Shown here in pieces: positions 47,583-54,646 of a stretch of DNA of 54,646 nucleotides (its first letter is position 1; every line of letters starts with the position of its first letter). The position numbers and the translations under genes were made by a program. The notes beneath the pieces were generated by a model that was given only the letters and a program-made list of their open reading frames with translations, was not told the DNA's origin and searched no databases. The DNA comes from a virus (lineage: Duplodnaviria > Caudoviricetes), in the IMG/VR virus record IMGVR_UViG_3300042312_000318, positions 1 to 54,646 of that record; one strand, written 5' to 3'.

Positions 47583-47669
47583 TGGTGGACGCGGCCGGGC
47601 TACGTAGTTACCGGCTCCGGCGTTCGCGTGCGCGCAACGCCGGCTGCATTGGACGTTCGCACCGCGCCC
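47583..47669 (-). ncRNA. tRNA-like RNA with CCA end and G3:U70/A73 acceptor
   Basis: GGGCGCG/CGCGTCC-A-CCA plus three hairpins; non-canonical loops. Confidence 0.55.
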
Positions 47670-47675
47670 GTGGGA

Positions 47676-48413
47676 TCAGTCGCGGCTGGCGATGCGGCGT
47701 TCGCGGCGGGCCTGCTGCGCGTCGAACGCCGCGCGAACCTGCGGATACAGCGGGTGCACCGGCAGCACCTGGATGCGGTCCTTCTCGAAATAGTCGGTCA
47801 TGCTGTCGCTTTCGTTCTTGACCTCAAAGCAGGTGCGCACCAGCGCTGAAAATCCGGTGTATTCGTGGCTGTAGATCGTGATCGTGTCGGCGGCCATTTC
47901 GGCCGGGACGTTCGTGTAGCCGCCCATCGAGTAATGCGCCTTCTGCAGCTTCTCGCCCTTGGCATCCTTGATGCCGTTCCAGAAGAAGACCGGCGCGGTC
48001 TTGATCACGACGCTGCGCTGCGCATCGGCCAGGTCGTGCTTTGCCTTCTCGCGGGCCAGCAGCTCGTCGGCTTCGCGCTTCGCGGCAGTTTTGCGGGCAA
48101 CTTGAATCAGCGCGTTGCAATGCACGCGATCGACGAGGCGGTAGCCGATACCGATGCCGCCGAAGCTGGACTGCTGCACGGTGGCGCGGCGGCCGTCGAA
48201 CAGGATCACTTCAACGTGGCAGTCGTTTGAGCGGATAACGCGGCGGGCGCCGCCGAGGGTCGTTTGCGCCGGCTCCGGGTTCGGCGTACCGTGCACTGCG
48301 ACGATCAAGCCGTCGCAGTCCTCGCCGAAGAGGCCTCCATGGAAGCGGACACGGCGGCCGACGGTGATAGCCTCGGCGGCCGCTTCGATCTCGGGCAGTT
48401 GGACGATGGTCAT
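47676..48413 (-). CDS. Hypothetical phage protein
   Basis: N.SDSMTDYFE.DRI...P.HPLY; first gene after the promoter. Confidence 0.7.
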   Translation of the reverse strand: MTIVQLPEIEAAAEAITVGRRVRFHGGLFGEDCDGLIVAVHGTPNPEPAQTTLGGARRVIRSNDCHVEVILFDGRRATVQQSSFGGIGIGYRLVDRVHCNALIQVARKTAAKREADELLAREKAKHDLADAQRSVVIKTAPVFFWNGIKDAKGEKLQKAHYSMGGYTNVPAEMAADTITIYSHEYTGFSALVRTCFEVKNESDSMTDYFEKDRIQVLPVHPLYPQVRAAFDAQQARRERRIASRD

Positions 48414-48440
48414 GGCGTGGTCTCGGGTGGCGATGTGGTA

Positions 48441-48470
48441 ATGCTACCGTCGGTGGCATGCCAATGTCAA
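48441..48470 (-). promoter_or_regulatory. Promoter TTGACA-18-TAGCAT with operator variant CTACCGTCGGTGG
   Basis: Near-duplicate of 24368-24396. Confidence 0.75.
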
Positions 48471-48501
48471 CCAGTCAGCACGCCGTTCGTCGGGTCGGCC
48501 C

Positions 48502-48531
48502 TTGACGATGGCATGCGCCCCCCGGTATCTT
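48502..48531 (+). promoter_or_regulatory. Promoter of the tRNA cluster (TTGACG-18-TATCTT)
   Basis: Directly upstream of the tRNAs. Confidence 0.55.
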
Positions 48532-48545
48532 GTAAGAGCTCGATG

Positions 48546-48617
48546 CGCTCGGTAGCTCAATGGTGGAGTACCTGTCCACGGAACAGATGGTTGCAGGTTC
48601 GAGTCCTGCCCTAGCGA
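48546..48617 (+). tRNA. Atypical tRNA, anticodon ACG (Arg-like)
   Basis: TAGCTCAATGG D arm, GCAGGTTCGAGTCCTGC T arm; loop CCACGGA; no encoded CCA. Confidence 0.6.
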
Positions 48618-48624
48618 TAGCGTC

Positions 48625-48700
48625 AGCCTGAATAGCTAAATGGCGAAGCGCCGGCCCAAAAAGCCGGAGGATGTAGGTTCGAGTCCTTCTCAGGTTGCCA
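48625..48700 (+). tRNA. Atypical tRNA, anticodon loop CCAAAAA (AAA; Trp-like body)
   Basis: AGCCTGA/TCAGGTT-GCCA acceptor, CCGGC/GCCGG stem, GGTTCGAGTCC. Confidence 0.6.
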
Positions 48701-48708
48701 GCTTCACC

Positions 48709-48794
48709 GGATCGCGTTACCGGATGGGCGCCGGGCCTGACTGTAAATCAGGCGAGCATGCTCTCGCATCGTTCGACTCGATGGCGATCCACCA
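48709..48794 (+). tRNA. tRNA-Tyr(GTA)
   Basis: GGATCGC/GCGATCC-ACCA, CCTGA-CTGTAAA-TCAGG, long variable arm. Confidence 0.8.
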
Positions 48795-48964
48795 ACTGCG
48801 GGTGCGGCGAATGCCGCGAGGACTACATGGCATTGATGTCCTCGCACAACTCGTCGCCGCGCCGGCTTCGGAAACACCGTGGCGAGCGAGTGGCACCGGC
48901 CTTGGATCAAAGGCTGACACCTGAGAAAGCGCAGGCGTTGCCGGGATCACGTAGCCCGGCCCCA

Positions 48965-49001
48965 AAGGCCCCGGAATTGTTCCCCGGGGCCTTCTTTTTT
49001 T
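48965..49001 (+). terminator. Rho-independent terminator
   Basis: AAGGCCCCGG..CCGGGGCCTT plus T run. Confidence 0.85.
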
Positions 49002-49168
49002 CCGACGAACGGCGATTGCAGATGCGCCCACGCGCGCGGCATGCTCAGGGCTCGACGCCGCCCCACCGCCACCGACCGGAGTCCGCCATGAAGTAGACGC
49101 AGCCGGCCCACCGACAAACCGGCACCCGAGACGACGACAGAGGCCCCGCCACGCGCGGGGCTTCTGCG

Positions 49169-49357
49169 TTATCGGGCTCGGTGCTCTCGGTCTTCAAGGA
49201 ACTGCAGCACACTCGTGCGGCGCCAAGCGAGCTTCGCGCCGAGTTTGAATCCCTTGGGGATGGCGCCGCTGCGGCGATAGTAGTGCCCACGCACCGCGGC
49301 CTCCGTCATGCCGAGCATGCGGGCCAGATCAGCAATGAAAAGGACTTCCGTGTCCAT
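49169..49357 (-). CDS. AlpA/excisionase-like HTH protein
   Basis: I.DLARMLG.T..AV......IPKGFKLG...AWR...V..FL; GGAGG RBS. Confidence 0.75.
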   Translation of the reverse strand: MDTEVLFIADLARMLGMTEAAVRGHYYRRSGAIPKGFKLGAKLAWRRTSVLQFLEDREHRAR

Positions 49358-49522
49358 CGTTCCTCCGTGTTCAACACACCGGGTCACTCTGCGAGCAAGG
49401 AGATCAGCGCTATTCCCCTACCCAGACGGGACAGAGCCCCGGCTGCCGGTGTTCGGGCGTGTCCTGCGCTTCACCCGTAGCACCTCCGGCTGGCCAGCGC
49501 GTGAAGTGCGCCACCCTTCGCA

Positions 49523-49879
49523 TTATCGGTACAGCATCAGCAATTCGTTCTGGTATTGCAAGAGCAGATCATCGCCGCCGTAGCGTTCCGTGAACGCGGT
49601 CGCATGGTGATGCCAGCTCGGCCCGTAGGACGCGGCCATGTCCTCAATCGACCAGCCCTCGCGGCAAACTCCTCGATGGTGCCAGCCACATAGGCCGATC
49701 GTGTCGTCGTGCCCGCGCCGGCGGCCGCCGTGCACCCCGCCCTCGTTGAGGTGATGCACCTCGCACGGCACCGCGCCCATCCCTTCCTTGCGGCAGCATA
49801 TGCAGCCGATGCGCTGGATCTCGAAGAATCTGAGTTCTTGGGCCGGCGTCGGCGTGCCGGTGCTGCGGCCCTTCCTCAT
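49523..49879 (-). CDS. Ref/DUF968-like HNH nuclease
   Basis: GCICC...EVHH...TIGLC.WHH. Confidence 0.75.
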   Translation of the reverse strand: MRKGRSTGTPTPAQELRFFEIQRIGCICCRKEGMGAVPCEVHHLNEGGVHGGRRRGHDDTIGLCGWHHRGVCREGWSIEDMAASYGPSWHHHATAFTERYGGDDLLLQYQNELLMLYR

Positions 49880-50082
49880 GATGGCACCCCAAGGCGGGCG
49901 CGCAACCCTGTAAGGATCTCGTCCTGCGCGCGATTGATCAGCTCGCGGTAGCGTTCCGGGTTGCCCGCACCCTCGCACGGCTCCGCGAGGTCACGGACGC
50001 ATCCAAGGTGCCCTATCCGCGCATCGTGCGCGATGATGTAGAGCGGGCAGTTCACCGGGCCTGGGCAACCGTCGTCGCTCAT
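49876..50082 (-). CDS. Small Cys-containing hypothetical protein
   Basis: ATGA coupling. Confidence 0.5.
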   Translation of the reverse strand: MSDDGCPGPVNCPLYIIAHDARIGHLGCVRDLAEPCEGAGNPERYRELINRAQDEILTGLRARLGVPS

Positions 50083-50247
50083 GCATGCACCCGGTTCAAT
50101 AGCGACGCGGGCCTCATGGGAAATTTACCTCTTTGCCGTTCAAGTAGTAGCGATAGCCCACGACGACCTTTACCCAAAGCAATCCGCGCTCGCGCGCGTA
50201 GATGTGCGGCCACCAGAATCGACGGTATACCTTCGTTATCTTGAGTT

Positions 50248-50487
50248 TCACGCATGCACCCGCAGTCCCAGCGAACACGCCAGCGGCCCGGACTCGGTCG
50301 GCAAGTGGATTGCCCACCGATTCAATCGTCGCACCCGCGCCCTCGCTCTTTGGCCGGGAGTGGGGCCGAACAGCGCCCACCTTACGTCTTTGGCGTAGAT
50401 GTTAAGATGACCTGCAATCTCTGCGATGCTGCACCCCTCGTGGTGGTGCAGGCGGCGGATCAGAGCGGCGCGGGTTTCTGTAGTCAT
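50248..50487 (-). CDS. Small HTH protein
   Basis: G.SIAEIA.HLNI....V. Confidence 0.5.
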   Translation of the reverse strand: MTTETRAALIRRLHHHEGCSIAEIAGHLNIYAKDVRWALFGPTPGQRARARVRRLNRWAIHLPTESGPLACSLGLRVHA

Positions 50488-50951
50488 TCGTCCTCCATCA
50501 TGCTCGCCAGCTCGGCCACCTGCGCCTCGGACATGCCGGGCAGGTAGTCGCGGGAGATCACGCGGTTCATTTCTTTGTGGAACAGGCTGAAGTCCCCCTC
50601 CTCCATCGCGTCGAACGCGATCGATTCGGGGATGTAGTAGACCTTGCCGCTCGCGCTGTCGATGAAGGTCTCCACGCGGCCCATCTTGATTTTCAGGATG
50701 CTTAGCAGCTGGTATTCGGTCATCGGGGTGTCGAGGTTGTCGATCACCTTGCGCAGCGTCGCGAATACTAGGCGGTGATGCTTCGGATACCTCGGCTTCG
50801 ACAGCTCCGCGCGCACCAAGTCGCCGACGCGGTACTTCTTCGCGCGCAGCATCTGCCGATACAGCTGCGATGCCGGCTCGAAGGTGCCCTGCGGCGTCAC
50901 TCTCAGATAGAGCGGCTCCTTGCGCGTTTTAGCTCGTGCTGGGCGGGCCAT
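50484..50951 (-). CDS. DUF1367/NinB-like protein
   Basis: PR.PKHHR..FA, P.SIAF..MEE..F. Confidence 0.6.
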   Translation of the reverse strand: MARPARAKTRKEPLYLRVTPQGTFEPASQLYRQMLRAKKYRVGDLVRAELSKPRYPKHHRLVFATLRKVIDNLDTPMTEYQLLSILKIKMGRVETFIDSASGKVYYIPESIAFDAMEEGDFSLFHKEMNRVISRDYLPGMSEAQVAELASMMEDE

Positions 50952-51189
50952 CGGGGCTCCCCTTCAATCGGCGGACGACGCGCATCCGGGCGGCAATGCC
51001 GCGCAGGTATTCCTCGGCGCCGGCACGGTGTTCCTCGGGCACCTTTTCGAGTTGCTCGCGCCATTTGGACATGTCGTAGCGGCGGTGGATATGCAGGCCC
51101 CAGCCGGTGGCGTCTTGGGGCTCTGGCCAAGGGTGGGCGTCAATAACGATCGCCGGCGCGGGCGCCTTCGCCTTGCGTGCGCGTGTCAT
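50929..51189 (-). CDS. Hypothetical protein
   Basis: ATGA coupling to the adenine methyltransferase. Confidence 0.55.
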   Translation of the reverse strand: MTRARKAKAPAPAIVIDAHPWPEPQDATGWGLHIHRRYDMSKWREQLEKVPEEHRAGAEEYLRGIAARMRVVRRLKGSPDGPPSTS

Positions 51190-51704
51190 CGCAGCAGACC
51201 CTCCGCTACCGGCACGGTCACCCATCCGCTCATGAACGATCCGCGAATGCCGGATGTCCGCAGCGCATCGGCATTCTCTGCGCCATAGGCGATCAGCACG
51301 CTGGGGGCGCCTCCGTTGGCCTCGGCTCGCCTGCCATCGACGTGATGAAAATGCAAGCGACCCTCAAGGAACAGCAGCGCGTCGGCTTTCAGCCAGACGT
51401 GCTCAAAAAACATCGCCGTCTCGGTGCGTGCGAAGATCAGGGCGATCGTGTTGCGATGCGCAGCGCAGCGTGCCAGCCACGCCGCAGCTTCTCGGCCGTA
51501 AGGCGGATTGCAGAAAACGCGGCCGTGCCAGTCCTTGACCAGGCCGTTGTCGAGCATGGTGTAGTGGTTCTTGGCCGTGTCCCATGGGCGATTAACCGGC
51601 GCGCAGGGATCAAGGTCGAACTCGCCAAGTGCTCGCAGTATTTCCGGTGGCGTCAGCCACTCGTCTTTGCCCATCCGGTGCGACTGGTGTCCGCCGATAC
51701 TCAC
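51186..51704 (-). CDS. Phage N6-adenine DNA methyltransferase
   Basis: DEWLTP, FDLDPC, FCNPPY, ARTET, GRL.F. Confidence 0.88.
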   Translation of the reverse strand: MSIGGHQSHRMGKDEWLTPPEILRALGEFDLDPCAPVNRPWDTAKNHYTMLDNGLVKDWHGRVFCNPPYGREAAAWLARCAAHRNTIALIFARTETAMFFEHVWLKADALLFLEGRLHFHHVDGRRAEANGGAPSVLIAYGAENADALRTSGIRGSFMSGWVTVPVAEGLLR

Positions 51705-53263
51705 GCCGGCATCCTCGCGACGTAGACGCAGACCTTGACCGACACGCCTGGAAATTTGATCGGATCAGACCAGTAGTGCGACTCGGCGCGGCCGATCTTG
51801 AACTTGCCCGCGAGGCTCGCCGGCAAGATCGCGCCGAGTCGTCCGCCCGGGGCCAAGAGGCCGGCCGCTGCGTAGGTGTGCGCCTCCGCGCGACCCTGCG
51901 AAAACGGCGGGTTCATCGCGATCACGTCGTACTTCGGCGCGGTCTTCGCCCACTCCAGGAAGTCGGCACGCTGAACGTCGGCGATGCCGCGCGCGGTCAG
52001 GATCTTGCAGTGCAGGGCGGACAGCTCGACGCAGGTCGTGCGGTCGGCGGGCAGCAGCTGCGCGATTGCGCCCTGGCCCGCTTCAGGCTCCAGGCACTTG
52101 TCGCTCGGGCCGATGTCCAGGCGCGACACCAGCTCGCGCGCCAAGTCCGCCGGCGTCGGGTAGTACTGGTGAGTCACCTCGTCGGGCAGCGTACCGACCA
52201 TGCGGATGTGCCGCAGGGCGTCGTCGGGGTCGTAGTCGTAGTCGTAGTCGCCGCGGCTGTTCTTGACGCCACCGATCGCCTGCAGCACGTCCTCGACCTG
52301 CGCGCGCAGGTGCTTGTCCTCGATCCATGGCACCTCTGCGGTGTTTGCCTTCTTGCTGACACACTTCCCGACATACTCGCGCACCTCGGCCGGCAGAGGG
52401 CGTTCGATGGTCGCGAAGTTGCGCGGTCTCGCCTTCGACGGCTCGCGGAACCGCGACGGGATCGCCAGCGGGTTAAGGTAGGCCAGCACGCGGTTCAGGC
52501 GCCACGCCATATCCGGGTGCACCTCGATGTGCGCATTGCCGTTGAGGTAGGCCCGGATGCGCAGCGTGCCGCCGTCCAGCGGCGCCCAGGTGCCGGTGCG
52601 CGGGATCGCGCACAGCAGGCTGTAGGTGCTGTCCCACGGCGGATCGGGCATGCCCATGAACCGGGCGATGACCATGCGCAGGTCGTGCATGTAGCCCTGG
52701 AAGCCATCGTAAGGGTAGCTGTGCATGCGCCCGCCTCTGAATGCGTATGTCAGAATGAACCTCTTACCGAATCCCTCGGGGCTGTTGGTCAGGTGCCCAG
52801 GTGACAGCCGTCGGAAAATGCCATCGACCTTTTCGGCGAAAAACCGCTCGCGACTCGCCAGCAGGTCGGCGATCGTCGGCTCGATCCATTCCGGCGAGAA
52901 GGGCGGCGTGGTCATCTTCTCAATGTCATCGTCCCAGCCGTCGCGACGCGCCTGCGGCATGATCTCGCGCACGCCGGTCAGGTCAAGGGCGCGGCGCCAA
53001 TAGTAGGCGTCGAGTGCTTTATAAGCCCCTTCGGACTTGAACAGCTCCTCGGTGGAAAGGCGGCCGCCGCGGCGGCCGCCGTCGCTGTTTGCTTTTAGGA
53101 AGTAGGGCACAGCGCCGCCCATCTCACCTTCCATCAGCGCGGCTAGGCTGCCGATCCGGTCGCGCATCTTGGCGTGCTCCATCAGCAACAATTCAATCGC
53201 GCCCTCCTTTGCGGGCAAGAAGAATTCGCCAATGTCGGAAGCGATGACGGCGGTATCTGTCAT
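51701..53263 (-). CDS. DUF4942-domain protein with C-terminal SAM-dependent (adenine-type) methyltransferase
   Basis: H.TNSP.GF, YLNGNAH, QYYPTP, LEPEAGQG, MNPPF. Confidence 0.8.
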   Translation of the reverse strand: MTDTAVIASDIGEFFLPAKEGAIELLLMEHAKMRDRIGSLAALMEGEMGGAVPYFLKANSDGGRRGGRLSTEELFKSEGAYKALDAYYWRRALDLTGVREIMPQARRDGWDDDIEKMTTPPFSPEWIEPTIADLLASRERFFAEKVDGIFRRLSPGHLTNSPEGFGKRFILTYAFRGGRMHSYPYDGFQGYMHDLRMVIARFMGMPDPPWDSTYSLLCAIPRTGTWAPLDGGTLRIRAYLNGNAHIEVHPDMAWRLNRVLAYLNPLAIPSRFREPSKARPRNFATIERPLPAEVREYVGKCVSKKANTAEVPWIEDKHLRAQVEDVLQAIGGVKNSRGDYDYDYDPDDALRHIRMVGTLPDEVTHQYYPTPADLARELVSRLDIGPSDKCLEPEAGQGAIAQLLPADRTTCVELSALHCKILTARGIADVQRADFLEWAKTAPKYDVIAMNPPFSQGRAEAHTYAAAGLLAPGGRLGAILPASLAGKFKIGRAESHYWSDPIKFPGVSVKVCVYVARMPA

Positions 53264-53290
53264 GGTCTTGTTCTTGTTTGGGTTGCGGGA

Positions 53291-53320
53291 ATACTACCAT
53301 CGGTAGTATACGGAGCGCAA
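53291..53320 (-). promoter_or_regulatory. Promoter TTGCGC-18-TAGTAT with operator CTACCATCGGTAG (53294-53306)
   Basis: Same operator and -10 geometry as the other early promoters. Confidence 0.7.
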
Positions 53321-53410
53321 GCCCCCTAATGGCTGAAAACTGCGCGGATTGGACGGGCGGTTTTTACTTGCTGGTCGCCTTTGGGTGAGAAGGGCGGTAT
53401 CTCTCGGCCG

Positions 53411-54646
53411 TCACGCTGCGATCCGCCCCGCATTAACGACGGGATCAAGATTCGCCTCAGCGATCGCTCGCAGCGGCGGCGGGCTTACGCTGTTGCCCAC
53501 CATCTTTACCTGCGCTGCTTTCGGCAAACGGCGGCCGTCGGCGGTCCGGTCGATGATGTATTCGGGCGGGAACCCTTGGGCGCGGTACAGTTCGTGCGGT
53601 TCCAGCATGCGCAGGCCGATATCGACGATCACGTAGGGCACGCCGCGGATGTGCACCGTGACCAGGGCCAAACGGTCCTTGGTGGTGATGGTGGCGAGCG
53701 GTTCGCGCAGGTCGCCGTGCTGACCGCCTTCGCCGTAATAGCGCATCAGGAATGCCGCCACGCGCAGCGCGCCGGCCTCGGCTTCCGGGCTCAGCTGGCA
53801 CTCGACGACCGCATGGTGCGTGCCGCCGGCAAGGATTGAACCGACCGGATCGCGCGCGGCGGCGCCCGGGCTGTGCTGCTGCATCGGTTGCATGTGCGCC
53901 GCCACAAGCCGCTGCAGGCCGCCTTGTGCGCAGATGGTCGGCTGTGGGTTGCGTAGGTCGCTGCCGGCGCCGGTGTAGTTGCCGCCGTTGGCTTGTTCAA
54001 GGAATGCGGTGGTCACGCCGAAGCGCGTCGCGCCGGCTAACACGGTCGGCAGCGGGTCACGTGCATCAATGCCAACGACGTTCTGCGCCATCGCGCACAG
54101 GTGCGCGGAGACCAAGCCCATCGCATGCGCGGCGCCCGCCGGCCGCGCCGCACCGGCACCGCTGGTAATGGTGGGCAGGGGTTCGTCTGCGGGCACGCCG
54201 CCGCTCTCGCCGCGGAATTTGACCAAGTGCGGGGCGCATAAGGCGAACGACCCACCACCGGCGGGAATAGTGCCGATCGGCGCGGCGGCATCGTGTGCGC
54301 CGCTTCCTCGGCGCGCGGTCGCGCCCTGGCCTTCGCCGTAAGCGGTCTGCACCAGCACGGGCGCGCACACGGCCGCATCAGCCTTGGCGGTGATGGTCTG
54401 CAGAGGGCCGGAGGCGGGCCGCTCTAAGGTGTCGCCTATGCGGCCGCCGACGCCCACGATAAAGGGCTCGGCCGCGCCGAGCACGAACCGATGCACGCCG
54501 CGCGCGATTCGGCGCATGGTCTTCTCAGCCAGCGGCCGGGGCCGGTCGAAAATCGTGCGGCATGGGATCGACCAATCAATGCAGTCGGCGGCGGACACAG
54601 CCGGCAGCAGGCCAACTTGACGATTTGCGCAAGTTGCCGATTTTCG
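53411..54646 (-). CDS. C5 cytosine DNA methyltransferase, C-terminal part
   Basis: AADCIDWS, LAEKTMRRIARG, DIGLRML.P.EL.RAQGFP, MVGNSV. Confidence 0.9.
   Translation of the reverse strand, partial: RKSATCANRQVGLLPAVSAADCIDWSIPCRTIFDRPRPLAEKTMRRIARGVHRFVLGAAEPFIVGVGGRIGDTLERPASGPLQTITAKADAAVCAPVLVQTAYGEGQGATARRGSGAHDAAAPIGTIPAGGGSFALCAPHLVKFRGESGGVPADEPLPTITSGAGAARPAGAAHAMGLVSAHLCAMAQNVVGIDARDPLPTVLAGATRFGVTTAFLEQANGGNYTGAGSDLRNPQPTICAQGGLQRLVAAHMQPMQQHSPGAAARDPVGSILAGGTHHAVVECQLSPEAEAGALRVAAFLMRYYGEGGQHGDLREPLATITTKDRLALVTVHIRGVPYVIVDIGLRMLEPHELYRAQGFPPEYIIDRTADGRRLPKAAQVKMVGNSVSPPPLRAIAEANLDPVVNAGRIAA

Noticed and set aside
48625-48794. Suppressor tRNAs or an alternative genetic code
   Set aside because: No CTA, TTA or TCA anticodon; core genes are intact in code 11
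48795-48900. HDV-like (theta) or hammerhead ribozyme after tRNA-Tyr
   Set aside because: TCCTCGC is present, but I could not build convincing P1-P3 pairings and there is no CTGATGA/GAAA core
52229-52250. (GTCGTA)n microsatellite
   Set aside because: Short in-frame DYDYDYD codons; no sign of phase variation

Overview
The window looks like a complete circular dsDNA tailed-phage genome (siphovirus-type, GC-rich). The unit length is about 54.4 kb once a 126-bp terminal overlap and a 99-bp duplication are removed. SSB and RdgC resemble Xanthomonadales proteins, which suggests a host in that group (inference). The early region is lambdoid: a divergent repressor/Cro switch, O/P-like replication genes with iterons, RecT/YqaJ/SSB/RdgC/RusA, three DNA methyltransferases and an AlpA-like Xis. 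The late region is Mu/D3112-like: Mor/C activator, lysis genes, terminase, DUF935 portal, gpF, gpI, capsid and non-contractile tail. No transposase is visible and only a C-terminal integrase remnant remains. Most notable observations: (i) a dispersed set of intergenic tRNA-like RNAs, one a CCA-ended cloverleaf with a tRNA-Ala/tmRNA-type G3:U70/A73 acceptor, plus a tRNA cluster with atypical anticodon loops; (ii) a CTACC-N3-GGTAG operator inside five sigma70-like promoters, two of which form a near-identical 29-bp block driving two accessory islands, one inserted in reverse between head genes; (iii) a phage-encoded rhomboid protease; (iv) an endolysin behind three hydrophobic segments; (v) a MuF protein with a HExxH-to-HKxxH peptidase-like extension and a candidate immunity gene. 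All calls come from reading motifs by eye; no database searches were run.
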